Virus record (IMG/VR): IMGVR_UViG_3300044267_002985
Location: 1-33,735 of that record
Direction: 5' to 3' (one strand)
From: a virus
Lineage: Duplodnaviria > Caudoviricetes
Length of the DNA: 33,735 nt
Within the stretch, counting starts at the first letter, position 1. The number at the start of each line of letters is the position of its first letter. The notes under the pieces are model-generated. The model saw only the letters and a program-made list of their open reading frames with translations, did no database searches and had not been told where the DNA came from. The position numbers and the translations under genes were made by a program. Shown here piece after piece: positions 19,946-28,460 of this stretch.

Positions 19946-20923
19946 ATGGCAATATTAGGAATTAAAGGCGGTACAGACGGTATCCCAAATATGATTTTTA
20001 CAACAGGCGAAACATGGTCGCCAAATAAGACAGTGCAAGCCTATGTTTATGTGGTAGGTGCAGGTGGATCTGGAGCAGGTGGTGGTTCTAATTCCAACTA
20101 TGGTTTTAGCGGAGGTGGAGCAGGTGGCTGTGCTGTTAGTCTGTTGAAATTGACGGCAGGAGTCACGTATACGGCTGTAATTGGAGCAGGTGGTGGTTAT
20201 GCAGGTGGCAGTAGTCAACAAGCAGGGAATGCAGGGGGTAATACAACATTTAATGGTAGTGACATAGACATAATGACAGGGAATGGTGGTTCAGCAGGAG
20301 CTATAGCATCAGGTGCAAGTGCAGGTTCTGCTTCTGGTGGTAGTGCATCTGGTGGAAACCTAATGAACAATACTGGTGGTGCAAGTCTTGCCAGTGGTGC
20401 AACTCGTCAAGTGTCTGGAGGTGGTGCAGTTGGACTCTGGGATACAGGTAGGCAAGGAACAATGGTTAAATCTGCTAGCGGTGCTCCTTACTCTTTTTAT
20501 GCTGATGGTGGAAATTTATCAGGGCCACCTATAGGTGACTATCCATCCAGTACGCGATACGGTGATGATACATTTGTGGCAGGTGCTCCGTTTCCAGACA
20601 TTTACAGTGTTACATCGTCCAGTTTGCGTAGCCGTGGTGATACTATTTTTGATGTTAATCCAAGTTTTCAACCTGCAGGTGTTCAGCCTTACTCCTACAA
20701 GGGTGAAGATGTTGCATACAGTGGGAACACAAGGGCTTACCCTGCTCCACCCTTTAGCGGTGGCAACGGATATATAACAGATACAGACACTTATGTTTAT
20801 GCAGGTAGTGCAAGTCTTGGTGGAGGGGGTGGAGCCGTATTAGCAACAGATAGTAGCGGTGAAGGTTTTTCAGGTAAAGGTGGTATGGGAGCAGTTCTCA
20901 TTTTTCCGACATCAATAGGATAA
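19946..20923 (+). CDS. Glycine-rich tail-associated protein
   Basis: YVVGAGGSGAGG...GGGAGG pattern of phage Gly-rich domain proteins; follows the tail fibre. Confidence 0.7.
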   Translation: MAILGIKGGTDGIPNMIFTTGETWSPNKTVQAYVYVVGAGGSGAGGGSNSNYGFSGGGAGGCAVSLLKLTAGVTYTAVIGAGGGYAGGSSQQAGNAGGNTTFNGSDIDIMTGNGGSAGAIASGASAGSASGGSASGGNLMNNTGGASLASGATRQVSGGGAVGLWDTGRQGTMVKSASGAPYSFYADGGNLSGPPIGDYPSSTRYGDDTFVAGAPFPDIYSVTSSSLRSRGDTIFDVNPSFQPAGVQPYSYKGEDVAYSGNTRAYPAPPFSGGNGYITDTDTYVYAGSASLGGGGGAVLATDSSGEGFSGKGGMGAVLIFPTSIG

Positions 20924-20928
20924 TCAAT

Positions 20929-21225
20929 ATGCCAGAATACAAAGTTACATATGCAGACGGATCAACGAATAATATACGAGCCTTAGAAAGCCAAGTCGAA
21001 GAGCTAACTAAAGACGGAGGTTCGTACGAGAAAATTGAAGTAACTCTGACAGATGGTCAAATACGAGGCAATGCACGATCATGGCGTGATATGGAGCTAT
21101 TAGCCACGGATTATATCGTGCCATTAACCGATCACTCACAACGCGATGCGTATCTCAACTATCGGGATCGTCTTCGGGCGTGGCCGTCTACGGATAGCTT
21201 CCCTGACACCAGACCTACATTGTAG
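20929..21225 (+). CDS. Tail fibre assembly chaperone-like protein
   Basis: RSWRDMELLATDY...YRDRLRAWP...FP..RP matches the phage tail assembly chaperone pattern. Confidence 0.7.
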   Translation: MPEYKVTYADGSTNNIRALESQVEELTKDGGSYEKIEVTLTDGQIRGNARSWRDMELLATDYIVPLTDHSQRDAYLNYRDRLRAWPSTDSFPDTRPTL

Positions 21226-21239
21226 GAGATTAAATATGA

Positions 21240-21659
21240 ATGGTTGGAAAATATAAACCAGTTGAACAAATACGATCAAGGGACGAACAGGAACGTTTAT
21301 ATCGTGATGCAGTGCGTGAAATAGAAACATTGAAACGTGCTGTTAGCAATGAAAATATTGTTGCCAAAGAATTTAAACATGAAAGAGATGATTTAAAAAC
21401 TACAAACAAACGTATTTCAAAAAACTTAATTACCATGACTAAACGCGAAGAGCTTTCTAAGGCTTCGTTGAAAAGTGGAATGTGGTCAGGTGCTGCAGGG
21501 ACGACGGTTTCTATTGCCTACCTGTATTGGGATCATGCAGGTTTTCCTGGAGGCTATAACTGGGAAAGTTTCTGGGAGCACGACCAAGTTTTTGGTTTGT
21601 TAATGTTTGTGACTACTGTAGTTTATGGTGCAGTTTGGAAAGCGTTGCACGAAGGGTGA
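21240..21659 (+). CDS. Coiled-coil membrane protein (holin candidate)
   Basis: N-terminal coiled coil and two C-terminal hydrophobic segments. Confidence 0.45.
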   Translation: MVGKYKPVEQIRSRDEQERLYRDAVREIETLKRAVSNENIVAKEFKHERDDLKTTNKRISKNLITMTKREELSKASLKSGMWSGAAGTTVSIAYLYWDHAGFPGGYNWESFWEHDQVFGLLMFVTTVVYGAVWKALHEG

Positions 21660-21662
21660 TGT

Positions 21663-22067
21663 ATGGAAACAGAGGCTACGGAAGCGTTGCAAAAATTCTC
21701 AGACTCAAGTGGTCTGGGGTTATTAGTCGAGCAGTATTGGTGGTATTTTATTGTGCTTACTGTTTTGCTTTGCTTGCGACAATCGGTGGAAAATTTACTT
21801 GCGGGAGCAAGCGTTTTCCTCGGTTCGGAATATACTGAAAACCAAACGGTTTACCTAACGGTAGGAGGGCAACGTCGAGGGGGTAGGATTTCTAAATGCG
21901 GGGTTTTGTCTACAACGTTTTACTTGTATGACATTGATCCAAAAACTGGAGTGCCTACAGGTGGAACGCTTTTGAACGTTAGCAATTCAGAATTAAAGAA
22001 CTTGCTAATTGAACGACAATTAGACAAATTAGATTTAGGTAATTTACATCCTAAACAGGAGATTTAA
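21663..22067 (+). CDS. Miniature MscS-like membrane protein
   Basis: TM helix followed by VENLLAG..VF...G.I.K.GV.STTF...VSNSEL, which resembles MscS TM3 plus the middle beta-domain. Confidence 0.55.
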   Translation: METEATEALQKFSDSSGLGLLVEQYWWYFIVLTVLLCLRQSVENLLAGASVFLGSEYTENQTVYLTVGGQRRGGRISKCGVLSTTFYLYDIDPKTGVPTGGTLLNVSNSELKNLLIERQLDKLDLGNLHPKQEI

Positions 22068-22069
22068 TT

Positions 22070-22183
22070 ATGCCAATGGTTGGTGGAAAAAAATACGCAT
22101 ACACAAAAGCAGGTAAAGCTAAAGCTAAAAAAGCTAAAGAAAAAATGAAAGCAAAACCAAAGAGTAAACCACGAGGTAGGTAA
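22070..22183 (+). CDS. Small Lys-rich protein (37 aa, MPMVGGKKYAYTKAGKAKAKK...)
   Basis: Absent from the ORF track. Has an AGGAG RBS and a TAATG overlap with the next gene. Confidence 0.7.
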   Translation: MPMVGGKKYAYTKAGKAKAKKAKEKMKAKPKSKPRGR

Positions 22184-22473
22184 TGCCTGTAAAAAAAGAT
22201 TCTCGGTTAAAACGAGCAGGTGTTAGTGGCTACAATAAACCTCGTCGAACTCCGAGTCATAAAACTAAATCTCATGTTGTTGTTGCTAAGTCTGGTGGGA
22301 AAGTTAAGACAATTCGATTTGGTCAACAGGGAGCTAAGACAGCAGGTAAACCTAAGTCTGGTGAATCGCAAGCAATGAAAAGCAAACGATCAAGTTTTAA
22401 GGCTCGTCATTCTGCAAACATAAAACGTGGTCCGATGTCAGCAGCTTATTGGGCTAATAAGGTGAAATGGTAA
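22183..22473 (+). CDS. Small basic phage protein
   Basis: 96 aa, K/R-rich, with KTIRFGQQG...FKARH...SAAYWANKVKW, a motif I recognise from phage hypothetical proteins. Confidence 0.75.
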   Translation: MPVKKDSRLKRAGVSGYNKPRRTPSHKTKSHVVVAKSGGKVKTIRFGQQGAKTAGKPKSGESQAMKSKRSSFKARHSANIKRGPMSAAYWANKVKW

Positions 22474-22628
22474 TGGCGAAAAGAGGTTTATACGCAAACA
22501 TCCACGCTAAGAGAAAAAGGATTGCAAGTGGGTCTGGCGAGAAAATGAGAAAAGCGGGAGCCAAAGGTGCTCCATCAGCTAAAGCATTTAAACAATCTGC
22601 TAAGACTGCGAAGCGTAAAAAGAAATAA
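22473..22628 (+). CDS. Small basic phage protein (51 aa, MAKRGLYANIHAKRKRI...)
   Basis: Absent from the ORF track. TAATG overlap with the upstream gene; GLYANIHAKR motif. Confidence 0.75.
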   Translation: MAKRGLYANIHAKRKRIASGSGEKMRKAGAKGAPSAKAFKQSAKTAKRKKK

Positions 22629-22629
22629 T

Positions 22630-22932
22630 ATGGCAACAAAAAAACGACGAGGAAACTCCCGTCAAAAAACTCCGATGGTGCATAAAGAATTTTTCCCATC
22701 GAACAACAAAGGAACGAATGTGTCTACGAATGGTAAAACATCTGGTGCAAGCGTTGACCAATTAGAGTCAATTAAAAAAGATCTTGAACGTCAACGAGAC
22801 GAACGTATAGACGCTATATTAACCGCAGACGCTACCCTCAGAGAAATAAACGGTGCGTTAAAGGGGATACAGTTTGCGTTAGAAGGACCAACAGAAGAAC
22901 CCGAAGCGGAACTTGAAAAAACATCAGAGTAA
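22630..22932 (+). CDS. Hypothetical coiled-coil protein (100 aa)
   Basis: ATG at 22630 lies just after the upstream stop (22628). Basic N-terminus, coiled coil and acidic tail. Confidence 0.65.
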   Translation: MATKKRRGNSRQKTPMVHKEFFPSNNKGTNVSTNGKTSGASVDQLESIKKDLERQRDERIDAILTADATLREINGALKGIQFALEGPTEEPEAELEKTSE

Positions 22933-22937
22933 TGTGT

Positions 22938-23011
22938 CGCGGAGTAGATTAAAAGTAAATCATTCGGCTCATTCCCGAAAGAAACAGGAGCATTACCTGT
23001 CTCCGCTACCA
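22938..23011 (+). tRNA. tRNA-Met(CAT), initiator-like, atypical loops
   Basis: Cloverleaf: acceptor CGCGGAG/CTCCGCT, D stem GATT/AATC, anticodon stem TTCGG/CCGAA with CAT at 22970-22972, T stem ACAGG/CCTGT, encoded ACCA end. Confidence 0.8.
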
Positions 23012-23028
23012 TTTAGGAAGGATTAAAA

Positions 23029-23325
23029 ATGTTTGATTTTTTAAGCGATATACCCTCTGCAATAGTTGGTGGAGGAGCAGTAGTTGGTGCAGTTAGTGCT
23101 GTTGCAGTTAAGCAAGCCAAGAGAATATCCGACGCTAAAAAGGCTTGGAAAGAGGTGCATGACGCATTTATTTCTCTTAACCTTTTGAGCGACAAATATA
23201 GAATAGCTTTAGCCGACGACGGAAAAATAAGCCCAGAAGAATCCGAGTATCTTTGTCAGACTTTGGGACGGCTTGTAAAAGACACGCTTGAAGCAAGAGA
23301 AGCTCTAAATAAAGTCATTAGTTAA
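23029..23325 (+). CDS. Small membrane-anchored protein (holin-like candidate)
   Basis: One N-terminal hydrophobic helix and AAGGA RBS. Last gene of the late operon, convergent with the primase. Confidence 0.5.
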   Translation: MFDFLSDIPSAIVGGGAVVGAVSAVAVKQAKRISDAKKAWKEVHDAFISLNLLSDKYRIALADDGKISPEESEYLCQTLGRLVKDTLEAREALNKVIS

Positions 23326-25588
23326 TTCCTCGTTGATTCCTCTGTAGTAAACTTTGGCTTTCCTCATTAAGAGCAATCCCTTTATAGACTCGCATTCTCG
23401 CTGAACCTACGCGAGATGCTTTGTATCCATGTTCGGACATCGCTCGTCCAAACCAAACTGAACTCTGGTCTTCTCCTGTGTAGGCGTTGTATGCCTCGCG
23501 TAGATCGGTAACGCTGATCGAAAGTATATCATCGACTACACAGGAGGAGGAGATAAACTCAAGTAATGGATCTTGCTCCTCTCGGTAGCTTCTGGTCGCG
23601 TTGTCTACAGCGTCTGGTTGTATCAATCCTTCCTCACGATACATTGCAAAACCTCGCATCATCCAATTCAATATCCCAGACGATTCTGATTTTAACTTTG
23701 CAATAATCTCGTCCTTCTTACCTGCAACGGGGTGACCAGGAGTTCCAAATTTTACTCCAAACTCAATCAGGTGTAGTCGTCTCCATGTTCCATGTGTTGC
23801 ACCTGAGATTTCGGGTTTGTTATTTGTTGCTAATAGTATTTTGTATTTTGGTCGGAATTGAAAAAACTCCTTATGAAGGAATCGTGCGGTTTCAAGATCA
23901 CCGCTTACCGTACGCTTGATAACAGATTCGTCGAGCGTGGAACCTTTGTTTGTTTCACTCACCGTAACTAATCTTGATGAACGTAACATGGCAAGGTCAT
24001 TCCGTATGGATTCATTTCTCGACGACGATAAAAATGTATGGGCGGGAGCGTTGCTCAGATAGTCTCCCATAAGATAAGCCAACGCTTCCAACAATAATGA
24101 CTTACCATTTGCACCATCTCCAAACAAAATGAAAATTGCTTCTGCGGTCATGTCGCCAGTAAGCGAAAGACCAAGATATTTTTGTAGGTGACGGACAACT
24201 TTTTTGTCGGGTAATATTTGAGATAAAAATTCTTCCCAGTATGGACAAGTTGCTTCGGGGTTATATTTCATTCTTGAAACTTGAGTCAACCTATGGGTGG
24301 GATCAGGGTCAATCGCTTCTTGTTCAATTAAATCCAATGTTGTATTCGATGCGTTAAATAAATATAAATGTTTGTCGAGGTCATTGACGCTACTGACTAT
24401 AGACGGGTGCGATTCAGCAAGCGTGGTCATTGCTTTTATTTTTGGCAATGCTTCGGAAGCGTAGCTCCATTTCTCTGCTTTATCAACTCCCTGTTTATCG
24501 ACTACTCCCGTCTGCTCCTCCGCTCGTATAACTCGTGCAGTGTCGAGTGCCATTTCCGTTACGCGATTAGTCTGATCTTTTTCCCAACATACACCAGACC
24601 AGAGTTTCCATCCTTCTTCTGGGACATAGAGTATTTGTTTTCCGTATCTCGCAACTAATCTATCGCGGTTACCTGCGTCGGTTAGTGGTAGACCCGATGC
24701 CAATAGAGGAGCGTTGGCAGTAACTCCAATTTCAGGATCTATAGTTGATGGTGGAGGAGGCTCTGGTTCGTAACGCTCCATTGATTGAGATATTCTGTCA
24801 ATCTCCGTAGCGTCTAATGGAGGGTCGCAAAATCTCTGGTTATACTGGTGTAGCAATAATGATATCTCGTCGGAGTTCAAACCTCGACGACGTAACCCTC
24901 CCGCAACGGACGTTAGTTTAGAGTTGCGAGATCCTTCTGAAATTACTCGTGGGACTTCCTTTAATTCTGGTGTTGTTGGCACTCGTTCGTTTTGTGATTC
25001 TACAATATAACTATAGAGTTTGTCGTTTGTTACCGATAGGTTAATAACTGGAGTATCGAACGGTTCCAGAATCAACTCCCATTCGTACGATCCCATAACA
25101 TGGTTCGACGGTTCCGCTAATACGTATCCACCGTCGGATTTAACGTCAACTCCCTGTAGCGTTTCATTTTGCGAATGCAGTTTACCAGTGTATTCAATAT
25201 ATATGTGTGTCCCGCCTCCACCAGTTGTAGCCATTGGCGTTGAGTCAATAGGACCATACTCACGCTCAAGGTCAGACCAAGTTTCTTTTCCTCCCGATCT
25301 CTCGTCGATGTCTATAACATCTATTCCGCTAATCTCTCCAGTTCGGATACCGACGTTTGCGTAGGGTTGTTTTCTCCACCACTGAGTAATTCTTTCGATG
25401 TCGGTTGTTGCGTCGTTTAATCCGCTTATGCTAATTGGGTGTTTGCCTACGCTGTTGCAGTTGCTATGTCCACAACTACATTCGTTTTTAGTCGTAACAA
25501 AATGAATTGGAAAAACATACCATCCCATCTCCGCATATTTTATCGCAGAGGTTAATCTCGGATTTGATTTATCAGATGTCGTCAACAT
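23318..25588 (-). CDS. Primase-helicase (Prim-Pol + PriCT + D5/P4-family SF3 helicase)
   Basis: Prim-Pol motifs (GWYVFP, GKHP, NVGIRTG, VIDID, TGGGGTH), PriCT GSRNSKL, Walker A GDGANGKS, plus LATNNKP and WRRL. Confidence 0.92.
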   Translation of the reverse strand: MLTTSDKSNPRLTSAIKYAEMGWYVFPIHFVTTKNECSCGHSNCNSVGKHPISISGLNDATTDIERITQWWRKQPYANVGIRTGEISGIDVIDIDERSGGKETWSDLEREYGPIDSTPMATTGGGGTHIYIEYTGKLHSQNETLQGVDVKSDGGYVLAEPSNHVMGSYEWELILEPFDTPVINLSVTNDKLYSYIVESQNERVPTTPELKEVPRVISEGSRNSKLTSVAGGLRRRGLNSDEISLLLHQYNQRFCDPPLDATEIDRISQSMERYEPEPPPPSTIDPEIGVTANAPLLASGLPLTDAGNRDRLVARYGKQILYVPEEGWKLWSGVCWEKDQTNRVTEMALDTARVIRAEEQTGVVDKQGVDKAEKWSYASEALPKIKAMTTLAESHPSIVSSVNDLDKHLYLFNASNTTLDLIEQEAIDPDPTHRLTQVSRMKYNPEATCPYWEEFLSQILPDKKVVRHLQKYLGLSLTGDMTAEAIFILFGDGANGKSLLLEALAYLMGDYLSNAPAHTFLSSSRNESIRNDLAMLRSSRLVTVSETNKGSTLDESVIKRTVSGDLETARFLHKEFFQFRPKYKILLATNNKPEISGATHGTWRRLHLIEFGVKFGTPGHPVAGKKDEIIAKLKSESSGILNWMMRGFAMYREEGLIQPDAVDNATRSYREEQDPLLEFISSSCVVDDILSISVTDLREAYNAYTGEDQSSVWFGRAMSEHGYKASRVGSARMRVYKGIALNEESQSLLQRNQRGIN

Positions 25589-25949
25589 AAATTACAACCT
25601 CTATCCTCGGTTTAATCTTATCAATTATAAATGTATGGTGTAATGATTTTATATATCTCATCGTGTCGTCGGGTAACACTCCCGCTGTAACAAGACCATC
25701 CAATATCATTTTCTGAGCACCTCCCGCAACGTTGTCAGGATCTTTTCGTTTAGACTTACGATAGTGTGCAAATAAAATTGATACGGGTTTGTCTATTGGT
25801 TTTAATTCTTGGACTCTACACTCTAACGCTACAAGATTTGTGTTTGCTCGTTTTACTCGTGCATATTTTGAGTAATGAGATTTGGAAGCTGCAATGATCT
25901 CATTAATTGCGGGCAACTCACCTTGTAGCGTTAACGTTTGTTTTGTCAT
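25572..25949 (-). CDS. rusA: RusA-family Holliday junction resolvase
   Basis: DPDN...KMILDGLV.AGVLPDD catalytic pattern. ATG at 25949; the ORF track starts at the TTG at 25955. Confidence 0.8.
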   Translation of the reverse strand: MTKQTLTLQGELPAINEIIAASKSHYSKYARVKRANTNLVALECRVQELKPIDKPVSILFAHYRKSKRKDPDNVAGGAQKMILDGLVTAGVLPDDTMRYIKSLHHTFIIDKIKPRIEVVIYVDDI

Positions 25950-26016
25950 ATTCAACGCCCGTAGTTAATTATACGGGTCGTCGAATATAACAATTTTTAG
26001 AGTTTAGAGAAAGTGA

Positions 26017-26634
26017 TTAAAACGGCAATTCTTCTCCGTCAATACCATCAACGACATCCTGTTTGGCTTGCTCTGCTACAGGGTCGATACGTTCAGGTAT
26101 CCACTGGTCAAACTCCTCTGGACGGGCAATCCATTTTGCGATTCCCCATTTGGGAGCGTAGTTTGTACTTTTCCCCGCCTTGATCGGGATAGATCCCGTG
26201 ACGGTGACGACAGGAACTTTCGTCTTGTCTTGAGAGTTTTTGTGTGCTTGCCAAGCGTCCACGAGTTCGTCGAAAGCTCGACCAATCGTTAATCCCTGCT
26301 TGCCAAACTTACGAACCGATCCGTCGAAATCTCCACCAATCAATTTGACGGTGACTTCAAATCCTGGTTTGTGTTCGGGCGACGGTTGAGCGGGCATCCC
26401 GTCCTCTTGATGGTGCATAATGCTATCGGGACGGTTGTCGATAAATGCGGTGTAGCCGATAGCAGTGTTGCCAATATCTACGGCAAACGATGGAGACTCA
26501 ACTTCAATTTTTTCTGATGTCCATTCGCCATCCGCACCCTGTGTTCTCTCGACTGCAAAAAACCTACCTGCTCGTAGATCAAGGTCGAAACGTGGTAAGA
26601 ATTGTTGCGTTGTGTTTAAGTCTAAAAATCCCAT
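26017..26634 (-). CDS. Single-stranded DNA-binding protein (putative)
   Basis: Beta-rich, with an acidic C-terminus ending DGEELPF (SSB-type tail). Lies in the replication module. Confidence 0.6.
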   Translation of the reverse strand: MGFLDLNTTQQFLPRFDLDLRAGRFFAVERTQGADGEWTSEKIEVESPSFAVDIGNTAIGYTAFIDNRPDSIMHHQEDGMPAQPSPEHKPGFEVTVKLIGGDFDGSVRKFGKQGLTIGRAFDELVDAWQAHKNSQDKTKVPVVTVTGSIPIKAGKSTNYAPKWGIAKWIARPEEFDQWIPERIDPVAEQAKQDVVDGIDGEELPF

Positions 26635-26767
26635 TTTTTCGTTCTCTTTCTGTCGTTGACATGTTGTCGTTGACTGTTTTGGTTTTTGTAAAAAATAAAA
26701 GTCAAAAAAATCGTGGTCTATTTCACATAGAGCCTCAAAATTTGCAAGTGAAAACTTTTAGCCGTTT

Positions 26768-27862
26768 CTATTTCCCCTCCGTTTCGGCACTGAAAAATAA
26801 ATCTCCCTCTAATCGTTTGTCGATAATCTTTTTGTAGTCAGGGTTGAGTTCGATGAGTATCGCGGATCGGTTGTGTTTACCTGCTACTAATCCAGTTGTC
26901 CCTGATCCCGCAAATGGATCTAATATTGTATCGTTAGATTTCGTTGAAGCCAAAACCATTGGTAGTATAAGTTTCTCAGGGAAGGTAGCGAAATGTGCGT
27001 CTTTTAAATTTGCAGGGTTAACCTTCCAGACGGATCGTTTGTTTCTTGTTGCATAAGATTTTGTTAATCCCGTATGTGGCGATAACCCACTTCCCTCGTT
27101 ATGGTATTTGCCATTAGTTCGATCCCGTGTTCCCCAATCAGTTGCCTGCTCCTTAATTGCCTCGTTATCATAATAATAATTCCTATTTTTACTCAACAGA
27201 AATATATACTCGTGCGATTTAGTGCAACGATCCCTAACTGCTTCTGGCATAGGGTTTGGCTTATGCCAAATAATATCTTGTCGGAGATACCATCCGTCGT
27301 TGCGTAACGCAAAGGCTACCATCCACGGTATGCCGATCAAATCTTTTTCTTTTAGGTTTTTTAATTTATTGTTGCGTTTAGCACTTACACTTGGTAAGTC
27401 TTGATCTGTTTTGCTAACAGTTTGCTTCGGATAACTTTTACCAACGCTTGGCCTATAATTATAATAACTATCTCCAAGATTCAACCAGAGCGTTCCGTCG
27501 TCGGATAACGTTTCTCTTACCTCACGAAATACCTCGACAAGATTTGCAACATATTCCTCTGGCGTTTCCTCTAATCCTATTTGCTCGTCCTCTCGGACTG
27601 CTCCGCATAATGGACAAACCGATTTGTAGATAGCGTCACCTACTACACTACCAACATCATTCATGTCACCGTGTCCAGTTATATTTGCGTCCGTTTGTTT
27701 GTTCAATCTTTTGTGTGGACAACTCGGATCTCCACCAATCCACGATGCGGTTCCGTAGTCTCGCAGTCCGTAATACGGTGGAGAGGTTATGGTAGATTGA
27801 ATTGACCTCCTCGGTATTTCTTTCAGTAACTTTCGGCAGTTACCGATTTTTATTTGTATCAT
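26768..27862 (-). CDS. DNA methyltransferase, beta class (N4-C/N6-A family)
   Basis: Catalytic TSPPYY near the N-terminus; HFATFP and DPFAGSGTT SAM-binding motifs near the C-terminus. Confidence 0.92.
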   Translation of the reverse strand: MIQIKIGNCRKLLKEIPRRSIQSTITSPPYYGLRDYGTASWIGGDPSCPHKRLNKQTDANITGHGDMNDVGSVVGDAIYKSVCPLCGAVREDEQIGLEETPEEYVANLVEVFREVRETLSDDGTLWLNLGDSYYNYRPSVGKSYPKQTVSKTDQDLPSVSAKRNNKLKNLKEKDLIGIPWMVAFALRNDGWYLRQDIIWHKPNPMPEAVRDRCTKSHEYIFLLSKNRNYYYDNEAIKEQATDWGTRDRTNGKYHNEGSGLSPHTGLTKSYATRNKRSVWKVNPANLKDAHFATFPEKLILPMVLASTKSNDTILDPFAGSGTTGLVAGKHNRSAILIELNPDYKKIIDKRLEGDLFFSAETEGK

Positions 27863-27905
27863 TTTTTAGCTGTCCTTGACGGTTGTCTTTGACGATTTGT
27901 TCACG

Positions 27906-28121
27906 TTAATCTTTTACATACCAGTGTTCAATTAATCCGTTTCGTAAATTCTCTGAAGTGAATTTTATTATCTCACTCAGGACTACAATGTCTTCTATTA
28001 CCTTTTCATTGACTAACGCAGGTTTTTTTCTTTTCTGGTCTTTCTCTGTTAATTCTTGTTTTATTTGGCTTGCTTGATCCATTATGTCGGCAGTTGCTTT
28101 TAACATTTCTATTCTATTCAT
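27906..28121 (-). CDS. Hypothetical protein
   Basis: 71 aa, preceded by the AACCGAGGA RBS. Confidence 0.7.
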   Translation of the reverse strand: MNRIEMLKATADIMDQASQIKQELTEKDQKRKKPALVNEKVIEDIVVLSEIIKFTSENLRNGLIEHWYVKD

Positions 28122-28142
28122 TTTAGTTTCCTCGGTTAATGA

Positions 28143-28239
28143 TGGGCGGTGCTCGGATTTACCAGACGTTTTCTGGCTCCCCTAATCCTACGCAAAGTTG
28201 AGAGTCTTCCCCCAAGCAACTCTACGATTGCACCGCCCA
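28143..28239 (-). ncRNA. Putative structured ncRNA (three-way junction)
   Basis: 10-bp closing helix TGGGCGGTGC/GCACCGCCCA enclosing two hairpins. G-U pairs form only on the - strand, and the element fills most of an intergenic gap. Confidence 0.6.
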
Positions 28240-28244
28240 ATAAT

Positions 28245-28460
28245 TTAATCTATCTCGTCGATACGTTGTGCGATTTGGTTTGTCCTATCAGTGATTAGTT
28301 GAAAATATTTTTCGTAAAAAGTTTTGTAGTCATCATTGACGGCTGTCGGAATTGTTTTTTTAAGATCACGAATTAATTCTGCGATGCTCGTTACGTTGTT
28401 TTGTAATGATCCGTATTTTGATTGGTGTAACATCTCCTCTATTTCGTCTCGTGCTTTCAT
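28245..28460 (-). CDS. Hypothetical protein
   Basis: 71 aa, GAGGTG RBS, ATGA overlap with the upstream gene. Confidence 0.7.
   Translation of the reverse strand: MKARDEIEEMLHQSKYGSLQNNVTSIAELIRDLKKTIPTAVNDDYKTFYEKYFQLITDRTNQIAQRIDEID

Noticed and set aside
17615-20923. Diversity-generating retroelement target
   Set aside because: No reverse transcriptase and no adenine-variant template/variable repeat pair seen.
624-21436. Many short antisense or out-of-frame ORFs in the track within structural genes
   Set aside because: They are shadows of long, well-supported genes on the other strand or frame, with no recognisable motifs.
21814-21828. 15-nt match TTTTCCTCGGTTCGG to the RBS region near 29507
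   Set aside because: It lies inside a + strand CDS in the same sense as the sRNA, so it cannot be a target. Probably chance.
22791-23012. 73-aa minus-strand ORF MVAETGNAP...
   Set aside because: It is the reverse-complement translation of the tRNA.
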